Source: Octopus sinensis (taxonomy: Eukaryota). Taken from it: DNA of 64,000 nt. Each line of letters begins with the position of its first letter. Position 1 is the first letter of the stretch. The stretch is from the NCBI RefSeq assembly GCF_006345805.1, contig NC_043004.1:56296001-56360000 (forward strand). The letters are read 5' to 3'. The notes under the pieces are model-generated. The model worked only from the letters and a program-made list of their open reading frames with translations, searched no databases and was not told the origin of the DNA. This document shows positions 42,234-53,528 of this stretch, one piece after another. A program made the position numbers and the translations under genes.

Positions 42234-43650
42234 TATTAATAATTTTTACTGTATCCCAGTTTTTTTTTACGCTAGGCCACTTGGTATTTTAAATTGATGT
42301 TATTAAGTAATATTCATTTTTTTCACCCTTATTGTGATTTTAATTATAAATTAATATGTTCTCTAACCGGCAGTAAATTACTGGGGTAGTATTTTCATCC
42401 GGTAATTGGGGGTGATGAAGGAACGGTGGGGGTGGGGGGGTTTGTGGGTGGGGTGTCGTCAATTGGGTGGCCGGGTGGGTGGGGTGTCGTCAATTGGGTG
42501 GCCGGGTGGGTCTGTAATTTTTGTAGTTTGCATAGATTTTGTGCATACAGTTTGGGGAGTGTTCCGAGATCTTGTTGAGGAGAGGGCCTTTGGCGAATAA
42601 GATCTCCAAGCTCTCAGAAATGCAAAGGTCACAGCAGGTATGGCCTCCTGTGTAAGAACGCGCTCTCTGGAGTAGTCTCCACTTGATCTTGAAGGGGATG
42701 GAGTTCCTTTTAAGGTTCCAGATATGGGTGGCGAGAGTAGTCTGGTTAGATTTGTCAGGTCGCCGGAACGAATGTGTGTGGGCGTACCAGCGAGTCTTAA
42801 AACTATTTGAGGTCATTCCGACGTACGATTTTCTTTTATCATCGGGGCCTGATCGTACATCGCATATGTAGACGAGATCTTTCTGTAGGCAGTTGTTGTT
42901 GAGGGGGCAAGTAGTCTTATCAGGGCAGTTGCAATTGCTGTCGGATGCTGCATGGGCTTCGGAAAAAGTAGATTTATTAAGTTTTTTGACGTTATTGTTG
43001 GCTAGGTTCCTAGCTAGATTGGGTGTGGTGGAGTAGGAGAGTCTAATGGTGTTCTTGTTAAGAATTGTATAGTACTTATGTTGGGTGGGGAAGTGTTTTT
43101 GTAAGAGAGTGAAGAAAATTTTAGCTAGAGGTGTTGAAACTTCACCAGCTAATGTGTCTTCGCCTATTTTTCTTGGGTGGGCGTGGGGCTATGCTAATGT
43201 AGGTGATCTTATCTTTAAAGCCACTGCGGGCAAGGGCCTCGTTGTAATAGGGGGCTGCGGCATTAAAGATATCCTTGGTGGCAGAGAGGCTAGATATCCT
43301 AATGGAGACACTTTTCACTAGGTTGTCTAATATATTTTTGGGGTGGTTAGAATTAATGTCTATGTATCTAAGGGATTCATTTGGTTTATGGTACGGGTAA
43401 TAAAGGGAGGTTTCTAAATCGAGGGTAACGTCAAGGAAGTTAGCTTTGGTTAAGTTCGAATCTAAGGTAATCCTAAGGCCTAAGTTTTTTAAAAAAGTGT
43501 AAAGGTTTTTCCGGAACCCATCCGTAGTCCTGGGGTTTATTTTGTGGAGGGCAAAAAGGCCATCATCGCGGTAGAGACCACCGGAGAGGCCTGTGAATAG
43601 GGTCTTCAACCTATGGAGACCCCATCCCATATATCTGATTCTATTCAATT
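42018..43650 (-). mobile_element. 5'-truncated Penelope-like element (RT C-terminus + Cys linker + GIY-YIG endonuclease), Neptune-like
   Basis: GLYRDDGL and FLDVTLDL (RT), YHKPNESLRYIDINSNHP (thumb), CNCPDKTTCPLNNNC linker, LVYICDV...SYVGMT..F..RW..H (GIY-YIG), CDLC. Confidence 0.9.
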
Positions 43651-43849
43651 ATTCTATTTATTCATTTATTAATTTTCTCACTGATTCTTCTCATTTCAAA
43701 AAACTCTCTGGCCTTTTGACCACTCCCCTAAGAACAATAGCTTGTGCCCTGTTTATCTCCTAAATACCAACCTACCCCAAAAACGTCCCCCACCACCACC
43801 CCATTAAATCTGCCTAAATGTATAAATACCAGATCTTATTTTGACAGCC

Positions 43850-43900
43850 AGCTTCCTGAAGATTTCATCTGAATGAAACAGTTCTAGTCCTGTAGAAGCT
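43850..43900 (+). ncRNA. Type I hammerhead ribozyme, intact core
   Basis: AGCTTC-CTGAAGA-TTTCATCTGAAT-GAAA-CAG(8 nt)CTG-TA^GAAGCT; 6-bp stem I, U.U at 10.1/11.1; followed by AATAAA and (TA)n. Confidence 0.65.
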
Positions 43901-43911
43901 CCTTCTATAAA

Positions 43912-43976
<65 letters not shown>

Positions 43977-44014
43977 GATACATACATACATACATACATA
44001 GATGTATACATACA

Positions 44015-44048
<34 letters not shown>

Positions 44049-44081
44049 CATACATATATATATACGTGTGTGTGAATGTAA

Positions 44082-44188
44082 ATGCAGTCAAATCTATGTC
44101 TTGTCATAGAGACACCAATGGTTTTGTATACATAAAATGCCTTGTTATATAAGATGGGCTACAGCAAACATTCTGCTCAATACCACAG
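44082..44188. repeat. Inverted copy of 40395-40490
   Basis: Shares the same internal deletion of the AAT-element and the same unique flank. Confidence 0.8.
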
Positions 44189-45450
44189 TTCAAGTTTACG
44201 GAAAACAAATGTCGAAGACAGGTGTAGGAACAACAAGCAGGTGTATTAGTTTAACGCTCGAAGAAAATGAATAACTCTTTTACGTTTCGAGCCTACGCTC
44301 TTTACAGAAAGGATTAAGCGGAATAAAACGGAGAGAGAATGAAAAAAATACGGAGAGTGAAAAAAAATGTAGACGTTAACGGTTCAACATGGTATGTGTG
44401 TACATAGATAGATAAACAGACAGACAGATAGGCAGCTATCTATATAGATGGGTAGAGGGATTGATAGGTGCATAGTTAGCTAGTTCGGTAGGTAGATAGA
44501 AAGATAGATAGTTAGCACTAAATGTGGCGTGTGACCTGGATTGAGCCTTGTTTCTTGTCGTCAGCCTTATTGGCAGCCTCTATAATGTTGGTCTATTATA
44601 TAATATATACGTATATATATATATGTATATAATGTGTGTGAGTTTTATCCCCGCTAATCGTGTTACGTGTGATGACGAAGAAGTTTTCATCGATCTATTT
44701 TCTGTGCTTGTTCTCTTGCCTCGGCGTTGTTACATGTAGGTTTCAAAATATGAATCGATATTTTGTGTTACACTTTGAAGCCTAAGCAACGTTGTCTTCG
44801 TAATCGTTATTGTTGTTGGTGTTCTTGTTATTGTAATTGTTCTTGTTTTTGTTGTCGCTCTTATTCTCGCCGTCGTTGCCGTTATAGTGACTGCTATCGT
44901 TGTTTCACTTTCGACTCTGCTTCGCTGCCGGGGCTAGAATGACGCAATTAGCTCAGTGGTTGAATTAAGCTGTCATATTTGAACAAAGCAGAGATTCTTT
45001 AAATGAACTCAGAAATGAAATAAAATTCTTTCGTTCTATTTAACTTTTGCTTTTACAATTCGATAGATTCTTTAGAAACTAGATTCAAGAATTCACCAAT
45101 TCTGTGCATACGTACAAAAGCGTGAAACGTGATATTCAAATTAAACATGTCGTCACAATGGAACGTTTAAGTGAGAGTTGCTTTCGTTGGCATATCAATA
45201 GAATAAGAACCGTTTTACTCTGGATAGAGAAAAGGCATGTGAACTTTTCGAAACTCATGAGAATAGGCTGTGTGTGTGTGTGTCTGTATGTGTGTGTGTG
45301 AGAGTAATTACATATAAGTGTATTCGTCTATGTGTATATGTATAAATGTGTTGGGACAATTTTATGCGTATGTGCTACCGCTTCACGTGTATGTATGTAC
45401 GTATCTGTGTGCAGTACATCAAAACAATTAAAAACATTCTGCCTCCATTC

Positions 45451-45710
45451 ACCTCTTTCATGAATACACTTTAACGCCTGTCAGTTTCAGCACGTGTGCG
45501 CAATTCCCTCTCTCGTTCTCCCTACCTCTCCAACCCTACTCTTGGAGGCAATTGTCAAAACAGTGTTCTTACACCCATGTATGTATGCATACATGGATGC
45601 ACATTCAAAGCCACAATTGTCAGTCGTAAACAACTAAAAGTTCGTTTTATATACCACGGTTTTTGCTAATTGCTTTCTGTTAATTATCACATAGCAATTT
45701 GAAATAGACA
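45451..45710. repeat. ~260-bp direct duplicate of 38613-38875
   Basis: High identity by eye. Confidence 0.9.
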
Positions 45711-45804
45711 CCCTCTCGGGCCGTTCAACCGTTACCCAGGGAACATCCACAATGTGACAACTGTTGAAAGGATTAACAACCGTATTTGTTCAGCTGGCAT
45801 TAAT

Positions 45805-48070
45805 TTTAATTGGTAAATGTTGGTTCCAAGTCTCACCCAGAGATCTCAAGAGACAACAAGTTACTTCATGTTGGAGTTATGTCTAGTGTGTTATATATTT
45901 GGTTTTGTACATTGTATTGTTCTAGAGAATGTTTAAGAAACCATAAGAAAAGTATATGTTTGTTTTAAAATTTGAGATTACATAGACAGTATTTTACGTA
46001 GGAGATGGGAAGTTCCCATGAAGACTATCGTTTGAATTTCTGCCATTTTGGGGTTTGCTGGTATCTGAGCTAGGTAATAATCAGCCCCTTTTGCCATCAT
46101 TACTAGGGAACCTATGACACACAAGTATTGTTTTAGTCTTCAGGTTCCACATTTTCTTAATTTCTATTTCAAGATATTTATACTTGCTCAGCTTTTGGTA
46201 GGTCTCGGCAGATACGTCTATATCGATTGGGACAGTCATATCAATGAGGAGGCATGATTTTTGTCTGAAGTCTTTCAATATGATGCCTGGCCTATTTGCA
46301 TCTATCTTTCTGTCAGTTTGAATGAAGTTCCAGAGGAGTGAGATGTGATATTTTTCAGCATTGGGGGTGGTTTGTATTCCCACTAGTTTTAATCATGGGG
46401 CAAATCCAAGTTTTTTCAAATTACCTAGTGAATATATTGAGTAGTTCTATCATGCCTGTTTCGATACTCAGTAGGCGCACGAAGACTGCACATGGCCGCA
46501 GTATTAGCACGGGTTTTCATGTGCTTAGCTTTTTCTGCGCTTGTTTCTAGTACTTCTAATTCTGGAATTTGTTGTATTCGGAATTCACTTAGATATTCCT
46601 TTGCCTGTTTTGTTACTGAGTATGATGCTTTCTTGTTTTCATGTTTTGAGACAAGTTTTAACATCCAGTCCTCAGAGTTTTTCAGGTAGGTGTCTAGGCG
46701 AATTGTAGCAATCTTCATTGTTATTACCAGTTGTAAAAGTCCACGGCCTCCCTCTTTTCTTGGCAGATAAAGTCGTTCTACATCTGCCTTAGGGTGGTGC
46801 ATTCTATGCATTGTCAACAGTTTTCGTATTTTTGTCAAGATTACATATTTCAGTAATTGACCAAATAATGATATTGAAACTAAATCACAACTGGTATGGC
46901 TAAAGCATTGATCGCTTCGATCCTGTTTCTTGCATTCAGCTCTGTCTTCAGTTTTTCTCTCACCCAGCGATAACATTCTCTCCTGACCCTTTCCCTCATC
47001 ACTGAATGTTTTATTCCTGCCCTTCAATTACCCCTAGTTACTTGTAGCTCTCCGCTGGTTCTAACTCTTTTATGACATACTGTTAGTCAAGGTTAACGTT
47101 AGGTGTTTCTATCATTTTTCATTTGATTAAGGTAGCTTTTGCACATTTATCGAGGCCAAATTGCATCCTGATGTCATCATTGAATTGTTTAAAAATCTCT
47201 AGTAAGCCCTTGAGTTGTTGGTAATTTTTTGCAAATAGCTTTAAATCATCCATGTAAATGAGATGATTTATATTTTTATCAAACATTTGATAACGGTACT
47301 GTGCATCATTGAGCAATTTTGAGAGAGGTATTAAGGCTAAACAAAAGAGGAGTTGTGATAGTGAGTCACCCCCTGGAAAATGCCGCATGAAATCCTTACA
47401 TCTCCAGCATTTAGAGATTCATTGTCACTGTTCAGAGTCAGTGTGGTTCTCCATGATCTCATACTTAGACAAAATGTTTCGCAGAATAGGAGCTATTTTA
47501 TACATTTCCAGGCATTTCTTAATCCAGCTATGTGGTAGGCTAGCAAAAGCCTTTTTATAGTCTATCCAAGCTATTGACAAGTTTTTATGTCGTTTGTGAC
47601 AATCTTCTAAGATCATGTTATTGATGAGTAGCAGATCTTTACAACCATAGGATCCACGTTTACATCCTTTTTGTTCGTTAGGGAATATGCTACTTTCTAT
47701 TAGAAAACTATAGGTATATTCAGTCAGGACAGATGTTTTATACATAGTTGTTAAGCAGGTTATGGGTCTATAATTTTTTTGGTTCATTTGTTTCTTCACT
47801 CTTTGCAAGCAGGAATGTTAAACCATTAACTAGCTAAGAGAGAATCGTACTAAGATGTTGCAAAACATCGTTGTAAAATTTTGTTAGCAGTTCATGGGTG
47901 TCTGGGAAGGCATTCAACGAGAAGTTAGGAATTTTATCCTTTCCTGGAGACTTCCATTTGCTTGACCTCCCGAGAGCAGATCTTATATCTTCTACCTTGA
48001 CACCCTCCAACTTTTGCTCCTTTAAGGAGTCTAAGTCTGTAGATATTCTATCAATCCAAGAGGTCTTTTC
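45805..48070 (-). mobile_element. 5'-truncated, frameshifted R4/Dong RLE LINE (RT + RLE)
   Basis: KNYRPITCL, EQKGCKRGSYGCKDLLLIN, IDYKKAFASLPHSW, YMDDLKLFAK, MHHPKADVERLYLPRKEGGRGL, RPGIILKD...LLIDMTVP, KLSKYKYLEIE. Confidence 0.9.
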
Positions 48071-48099
48071 TTAGTGTGTTTTTTCTTTTGCCCAAATTT

Positions 48100-48151
<52 letters not shown>

Positions 48152-48303
48152 GAGTGAGAGAGCAGTGCATGTCATCAAAGCGACACTTGGGTAAAATATA
48201 CGATGTCCAGTATACCCATCATGCCTACCAGTTTGATAAGGGTACATTAGGTACATGCATCATAGCCATATTATATGGTATATTAGGTACATGCATCATA
48301 GCC
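48152..48303 (-). mobile_element. 3' fragment of the (AAT)n-associated element
   Basis: Matches 39291-39410; flanked by (ACT)n and (ATT)n. Confidence 0.75.
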
Positions 48304-48329
48304 TATTATTATTATCATCATCATCATCA

Positions 48330-48372
<43 letters not shown>

Positions 48373-48406
48373 TATTATTAGCATTATTATTATTATTATT
48401 ATTATC

Positions 48407-48471
<65 letters not shown>

Positions 48472-48499
48472 CATCATCAGCATTATTATTATTATTTAG

Positions 48500-49122
48500 T
48501 AGTCTTACTTTTATCACGTACTTTCACTGCAATACCGAGCACAGTTTTGAGTGACTTCGGTATGTACTGCGATTTGTTGAGGTTCTCTTCTTTTCACTGT
48601 ATTGAAAGTGCTTTACGTAGGATGAGTGAGGTTTCTATTAGTGATATTTTTTGTATGTTATATATACTTGTAAGTCCCGGTGTTTTTGTTATGTGTTTTT
48701 CTGAATACTTTTTTTTATACCTAATGCACCTACTATGATAGGAAGTGTTTTTAGATTCCACATTCGAGTTACTTCTATTTCCAAATATTTATATTTTGAA
48801 AGTATTTCCGTTTCTTTTAGAGAAACATTGTCATATGTTGGTATTAATACATCGATTAAAAAGCAATATCTTTTCTTGATGATCTTTCATAATTATATCT
48901 GGCCTATCGGCATTAATTTCTCTGTGTCTATTGGCATATCCCGCAGCATGTCTGCTTTCTCATTTTCTGTGATCTTTTCGGAAGTGTACCTATACCATCT
49001 TTTGTCCGTTGGTAATTTCTGGAGGGTAGGCTTTGATCTTGTGCTGCAATTAAAAACCCTTGTCATCTTTTTGTCATGCTGTTTCAGTTTTTGTTTGAAT
49101 TTCAGTTGTTTTACAGCTTTTA
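48500..49122 (-). mobile_element. R4/Dong LINE 3' fragment (RLE domain + 3' UTR)
   Basis: DKRWYRYTSEKITENEKADMLRDMPI...FLIDVLIP...KYKYLEIEVTRMWNLK...RKALSIQ*; microsatellite flanks. Confidence 0.8.
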
Positions 49123-49169
49123 GTATCATCATCATCATCATCATCATTAATGTTATCATTATTATATGA

Positions 49170-50036
49170 AAACTCACAGCTTATTTTGCTGGGTATGATG
49201 GAAAGTGTCAGCTGTCCACAGCCAGCAGACTAAGGAGACACCTGTTTACTGGTCGTGCTTCAAGAACCCTGCGAAGAAATCTTGCAGCTCCAAGCAATGC
49301 TGATTTTTGTAGGTTTTGTGCCTTCACGTTTGCACCGATCTTTTTCAGCCATTTTGTTATTTGAGTGCTGATACTGTCAAGTCCACTAATTACTATTGGC
49401 ACCACTTCTACTCTCTTCATTGACCACAATCTTCGTATTTCCCACTTTAAATCGTTGTGGTTTATTTTACCTCTTCTTTCACATTGATACTGTTGTCTCC
49501 GGGGCATGCTATGTTGATAATTATACATATTCTTTCTTTTTTTATTCACCACAACAACGTCAGGTTTCTTATGTCTTGTCAGGTGATCGCACTGGATCAT
49601 TACATCCTACAGGATTTTACAGTTCTCATTTTCGGTGACACCTTCGGGGGTTTATTCATACCACGTCTTTTCCCTTTTAGGCCGTGATTTCCACAGAGTT
49701 CTCAGTGGATCATTCTCGCAATTCCAAGCATCTAAGCACTTGATGATCCATGAATGTGGAATCATTTTGTAAGCTTTGCGATATTCAATTCAGGCCACTC
49801 CCAGATTTGTTCTCCTTCGTTTACAATATTGAATTACCATTTTGTCTTTCAGTAGTTGATCTTTGGTACCCCTGCATCTCTTTTTGTTCCAGTGGTAATA
49901 TATCGTTCCCATCAAGAGATTTATTCAGTGCTTCTGCAATTCCTCATGACAGTAACTTCCACATTAATGGGAGGCAGGATATTTGTCTGTAACGGTGAGC
50001 AACATTTCCTTTTGATGAATTCTTCAGGCACAACAC
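49170..50036 (-). mobile_element. R4/Dong-like LINE fragment with large internal deletion (RT joined to RLE)
   Basis: GTKDQLL and IPHSWIIKCL (RT) followed near 49720 by TPEGVTENENCKIL and KPDVVVV...LQKSALLGAARFLRRVL (RLE). Confidence 0.75.
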
Positions 50037-50101
50037 CATTATTATTATTATTATTGTTATTATTATTATCATTGTAATTTTTATTATTATTATTATTATT
50101 A

Positions 50102-51487
50102 CTTTTTTTTTTCTTCTTTCAAATTTTCTTCCATTTCTTGCCGAGTGTCTTCCCGACTCCTAGGGCAAAGAAACTCATAGTGTATATTGGTAGGCCATTA
50201 AACCAAACTCAGTAGTTCGTTAATTTTTTTTTTAAAGTTAAATTAAAATACATGAGCAGCAACAGTTCTCACATCGACAATGCTCTTCTCAATACGTGTG
50301 ATGTACCAGTTAAGACAATCTTTTGCACTTCTTGCAGGGATGGTAAGCCAGGGATCATTCTCATATAATTTTCGGTTCCCTTCTTGATCATTCCTAGTGC
50401 TCCTACGATCACTGGTATTGTAACCGCCTTGAGATGCCACATTTTCTCAATTTCAATGAGTAGGTCTTTATATTTTCTGAGCTTGTCAAACTCTTTCGCT
50501 GAGATATTATGATCACAGGGGATGCTCATGTCGATCAATAAGCAAACTTTATTGTTTTGGTCTTTCACAACAATATCTGGTTTATTGGCCTTGATGGTTC
50601 GGTCTGTATGTACTGGAAAGTCCCACAGAATGGTTACATTTTCTCCTTCAGTTACAGCCTCAGGGTGGTGATTATACCACTTGTCGGCAGTTTTGATATT
50701 GTAATGCCGACTTATTAGCCAGTGGAGATATTGGCCAACTCTGTCATGTCTTAATTTATACTCCACTGGTGCTAAGACTTTACATCCAGAGATTAGGTGG
50801 TCCACTGTTTCAATCATGTCGTTGCAGAATCGGCATTTTGGGTCTGCTCCATTTTTCATCACATTGGCCTGGTAGTTCCGGGTTAATAGGCTTTGGTCTT
50901 GAGCAGCCAGGATGAAACCTTCGCTCTCTGCTTTTAGCCCTGAGCTCCGCAGCCACTGATGGGTTTGCTTCTGGTCAACATCAGCTTGTTTGCTGCGGGT
51001 CACATATTTGCCGTGCAGAGGTTTCTCCTCCCACCTATCAGCCAATTGCTCGTGCGCTTTTTTCATTGCCATCATTTTCACCTTCTTTGCAACAATAGTT
51101 GCCGTACTTCCCTCGGGTTGTTCAGTTTGGGTATCCTGCACGAGATCAATAGCAAATATTTTGCTTTCCTTGATGATAGAATGAAGCTTCTTTCGTCTCT
51201 CGTGATTTTCCACGAGCTTTAGCATCCAGTCATTCGATATTTCGAGATATTTGGCCAGTCCAATTGTGGTTGTTTTGTAAGCTATTTCAAATTGGATCAG
51301 GCCTCGACCTCCTTGGGCTCTGGGAAGGTAAAGGCGATCTACGTCTGCCTTTGGGTGGTGCATCCTATTACAACTCAGCAGCTTGCGTATTTTTCTATCT
51401 ATATTCTTTACTTCACTCATATTCCAGTTCAACACATTGTAGCTATAAGTAACAACTGGAACTGCTAAGGAATTTATAGCTAACACC
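50102..51487 (-). mobile_element. Young 5'-truncated R4/Dong RLE LINE with uninterrupted ORF part (50269-51487)
   Basis: CRFC-x8-H-x4-C knuckle, RHD, KPDIVV...LIDMSIP, KLRKYKDL; 3' UTR with A-run; (TAA)n on both sides. Confidence 0.92.
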
Positions 51488-51491
51488 ATTA

Positions 51492-51543
<52 letters not shown>

Positions 51544-51554
51544 TATCATTATTA

Positions 51555-51588
<34 letters not shown>

Positions 51589-51635
51589 CATTATTATTAT
51601 TATTATTATCATTATTATTATTATTATTATTGTTA

Positions 51636-51673
<38 letters not shown>

Positions 51674-51807
51674 ATTATTATTATTATTGTTGCTGTTGTT
51701 GTTGTTATTATTATTATTATTATTATTATTAGTAGTAGTAGTAGTTATAGTAGAAGTAGAAGTAGTAGTAGTAATAGTAGTAGTAGTAGTTTTATGTAGT
51801 AGTAGTA
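51488..51807. repeat. Compound (ATT)n/(AGT)n microsatellite
   Basis: Directly visible. Confidence 0.95.
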
Positions 51808-52025
51808 AGGTGGCGAGTTGTTACGGTAGAAAAAAAATTCTTAGCGGCATTTCGGCATTCCATCTAGTTTTACGTTCTGAGTTCAAATTCCGCCGATGTC
51901 GACTTTGATTGTTACACTTTTGGGGTCGATGAAATAAAGTACCAGTTCAGCACTGGGATCGGCGTGATCGAGTAGTCCTCTTCCCGCAAAATGTCAGGCT
52001 ATATGCTTATGGCACAAAGGATTAT
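51808..52025 (+). mobile_element. SINE family A
   Basis: GTTCTGAGTTCAAATTCCGCCGATGTCGACTTTG core. Confidence 0.75.
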
Positions 52026-53118
52026 CATGGAAGTTATATTAAATTCTTCAAAGTTATATACAAATATGGGCATAAATGAAATGGGGCATAAGTATGATAA
52101 AAAATATCTTCGAACTCCAAACTGGGCGTGATGAGTAACATTTAGATGTTTTCGTTTAATTATTAAGAACTAATTTCATTGCATAAGGAATTCTGACTAC
52201 AAACAACCTTTGACTATTGGGGCTGAATTGATGAGGGCTGAAGAGATGATGTCTGACTGTAGAATAATTTTACCTCTACAGAATATCTTGGCGATATCCT
52301 TAGTATTATATATTGAATTAATAGAAATGATGCCCCTACTAATATAATCGGCATTTAACCTTAATGTAAATTATAGAATTACGATTGAAATATAGCCAGA
52401 CTAGATTCAGAGTTGCGTTGGGATTTCATCAGCCATTAATTCTTTAATTGTTCATGGGGGATTGCTTCTAAAACCACTAAGTGTTTAAGTAAATTGAATT
52501 GACCCATTTGCATATATAATGCATCGTATTTGTGAGAGACTTCAGTATATCTGTAGAATTTAACCAACATTGAGCAAGGAGCTTCTTATAAAACATCTGT
52601 TTGGAAAGAAAATGAAATATAAGCCGGTGTAATTTTAATCCGGAGCTAGAGATTTACACACCGACCAAGCACCCTCTTAAACTGTCACGAATTCGTGAAT
52701 CGGATTTATTTATGCCATTAGTAACAGTGACTTTATTAGCTGGGCTTCTTTAGGTTGTATACTTCTAATTTCTAACATTTCCATAAGAAAATCATTTCAA
52801 AATTTCTGTGTGTTCTTTTTAAAAAAAAACCCCGTTCAATCATATGGTCAATTTCAAAATATAATTTTATAGTATGAGAACAGATTAGGAACATTAACAG
52901 TTGTTTGATCTATAACACAACGGACAATGAAGGGACAGATGCAGCTACGAATACTAATTATGTAAAATGACGTATGTACACCTAATTAATTCAACATAAT
53001 AGACCAGTAAGTATACATCGATTCAAACCAGTGTAATGTTTATGCACATACCTTCGCACAGTGATACACTTTCAAAAACGTAGCGCTTATACACACACAC
53101 ACACACATACACACAAAC

Positions 53119-53175
<57 letters not shown>

Positions 53176-53304
53176 TACACTAGAACACACACACACATAC
53201 ACACACACACACACACACATATATATACATACAAATATACAAATATACGAGATACAAACACGCAGTCATATACGTATGTGTGTATAATTTTACATCGGTA
53301 TATA

Positions 53305-53528
53305 TGTTTCGTTACTACCCACATGGGGCTAAATATAGAGGGGACAAACAAGGACAGACAAACGAATTTAAGTTGATTATATCGACACCAGTGCGTAACT
53401 GGTACTTAATTTATCGACCCCGAAAGGATGAAAGGCAAATTCGACCTCGGCGGAATTTGAACTCGGAACGTAACGGTAGACGAAATACGGGCTACGCATT
53501 TCGCCCGGCGTGCTAACGGTTCTGCCAG
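53305..53528 (-). mobile_element. SINE family A (full copy)
   Basis: Nearly identical to 1333-1567. Confidence 0.85.

Noticed and set aside
50269-51639. 456-aa ORF as a complete gene
   Set aside because: The first ~50 residues are (AAT)n read-through; the rest is a 5'-truncated LINE ORF.
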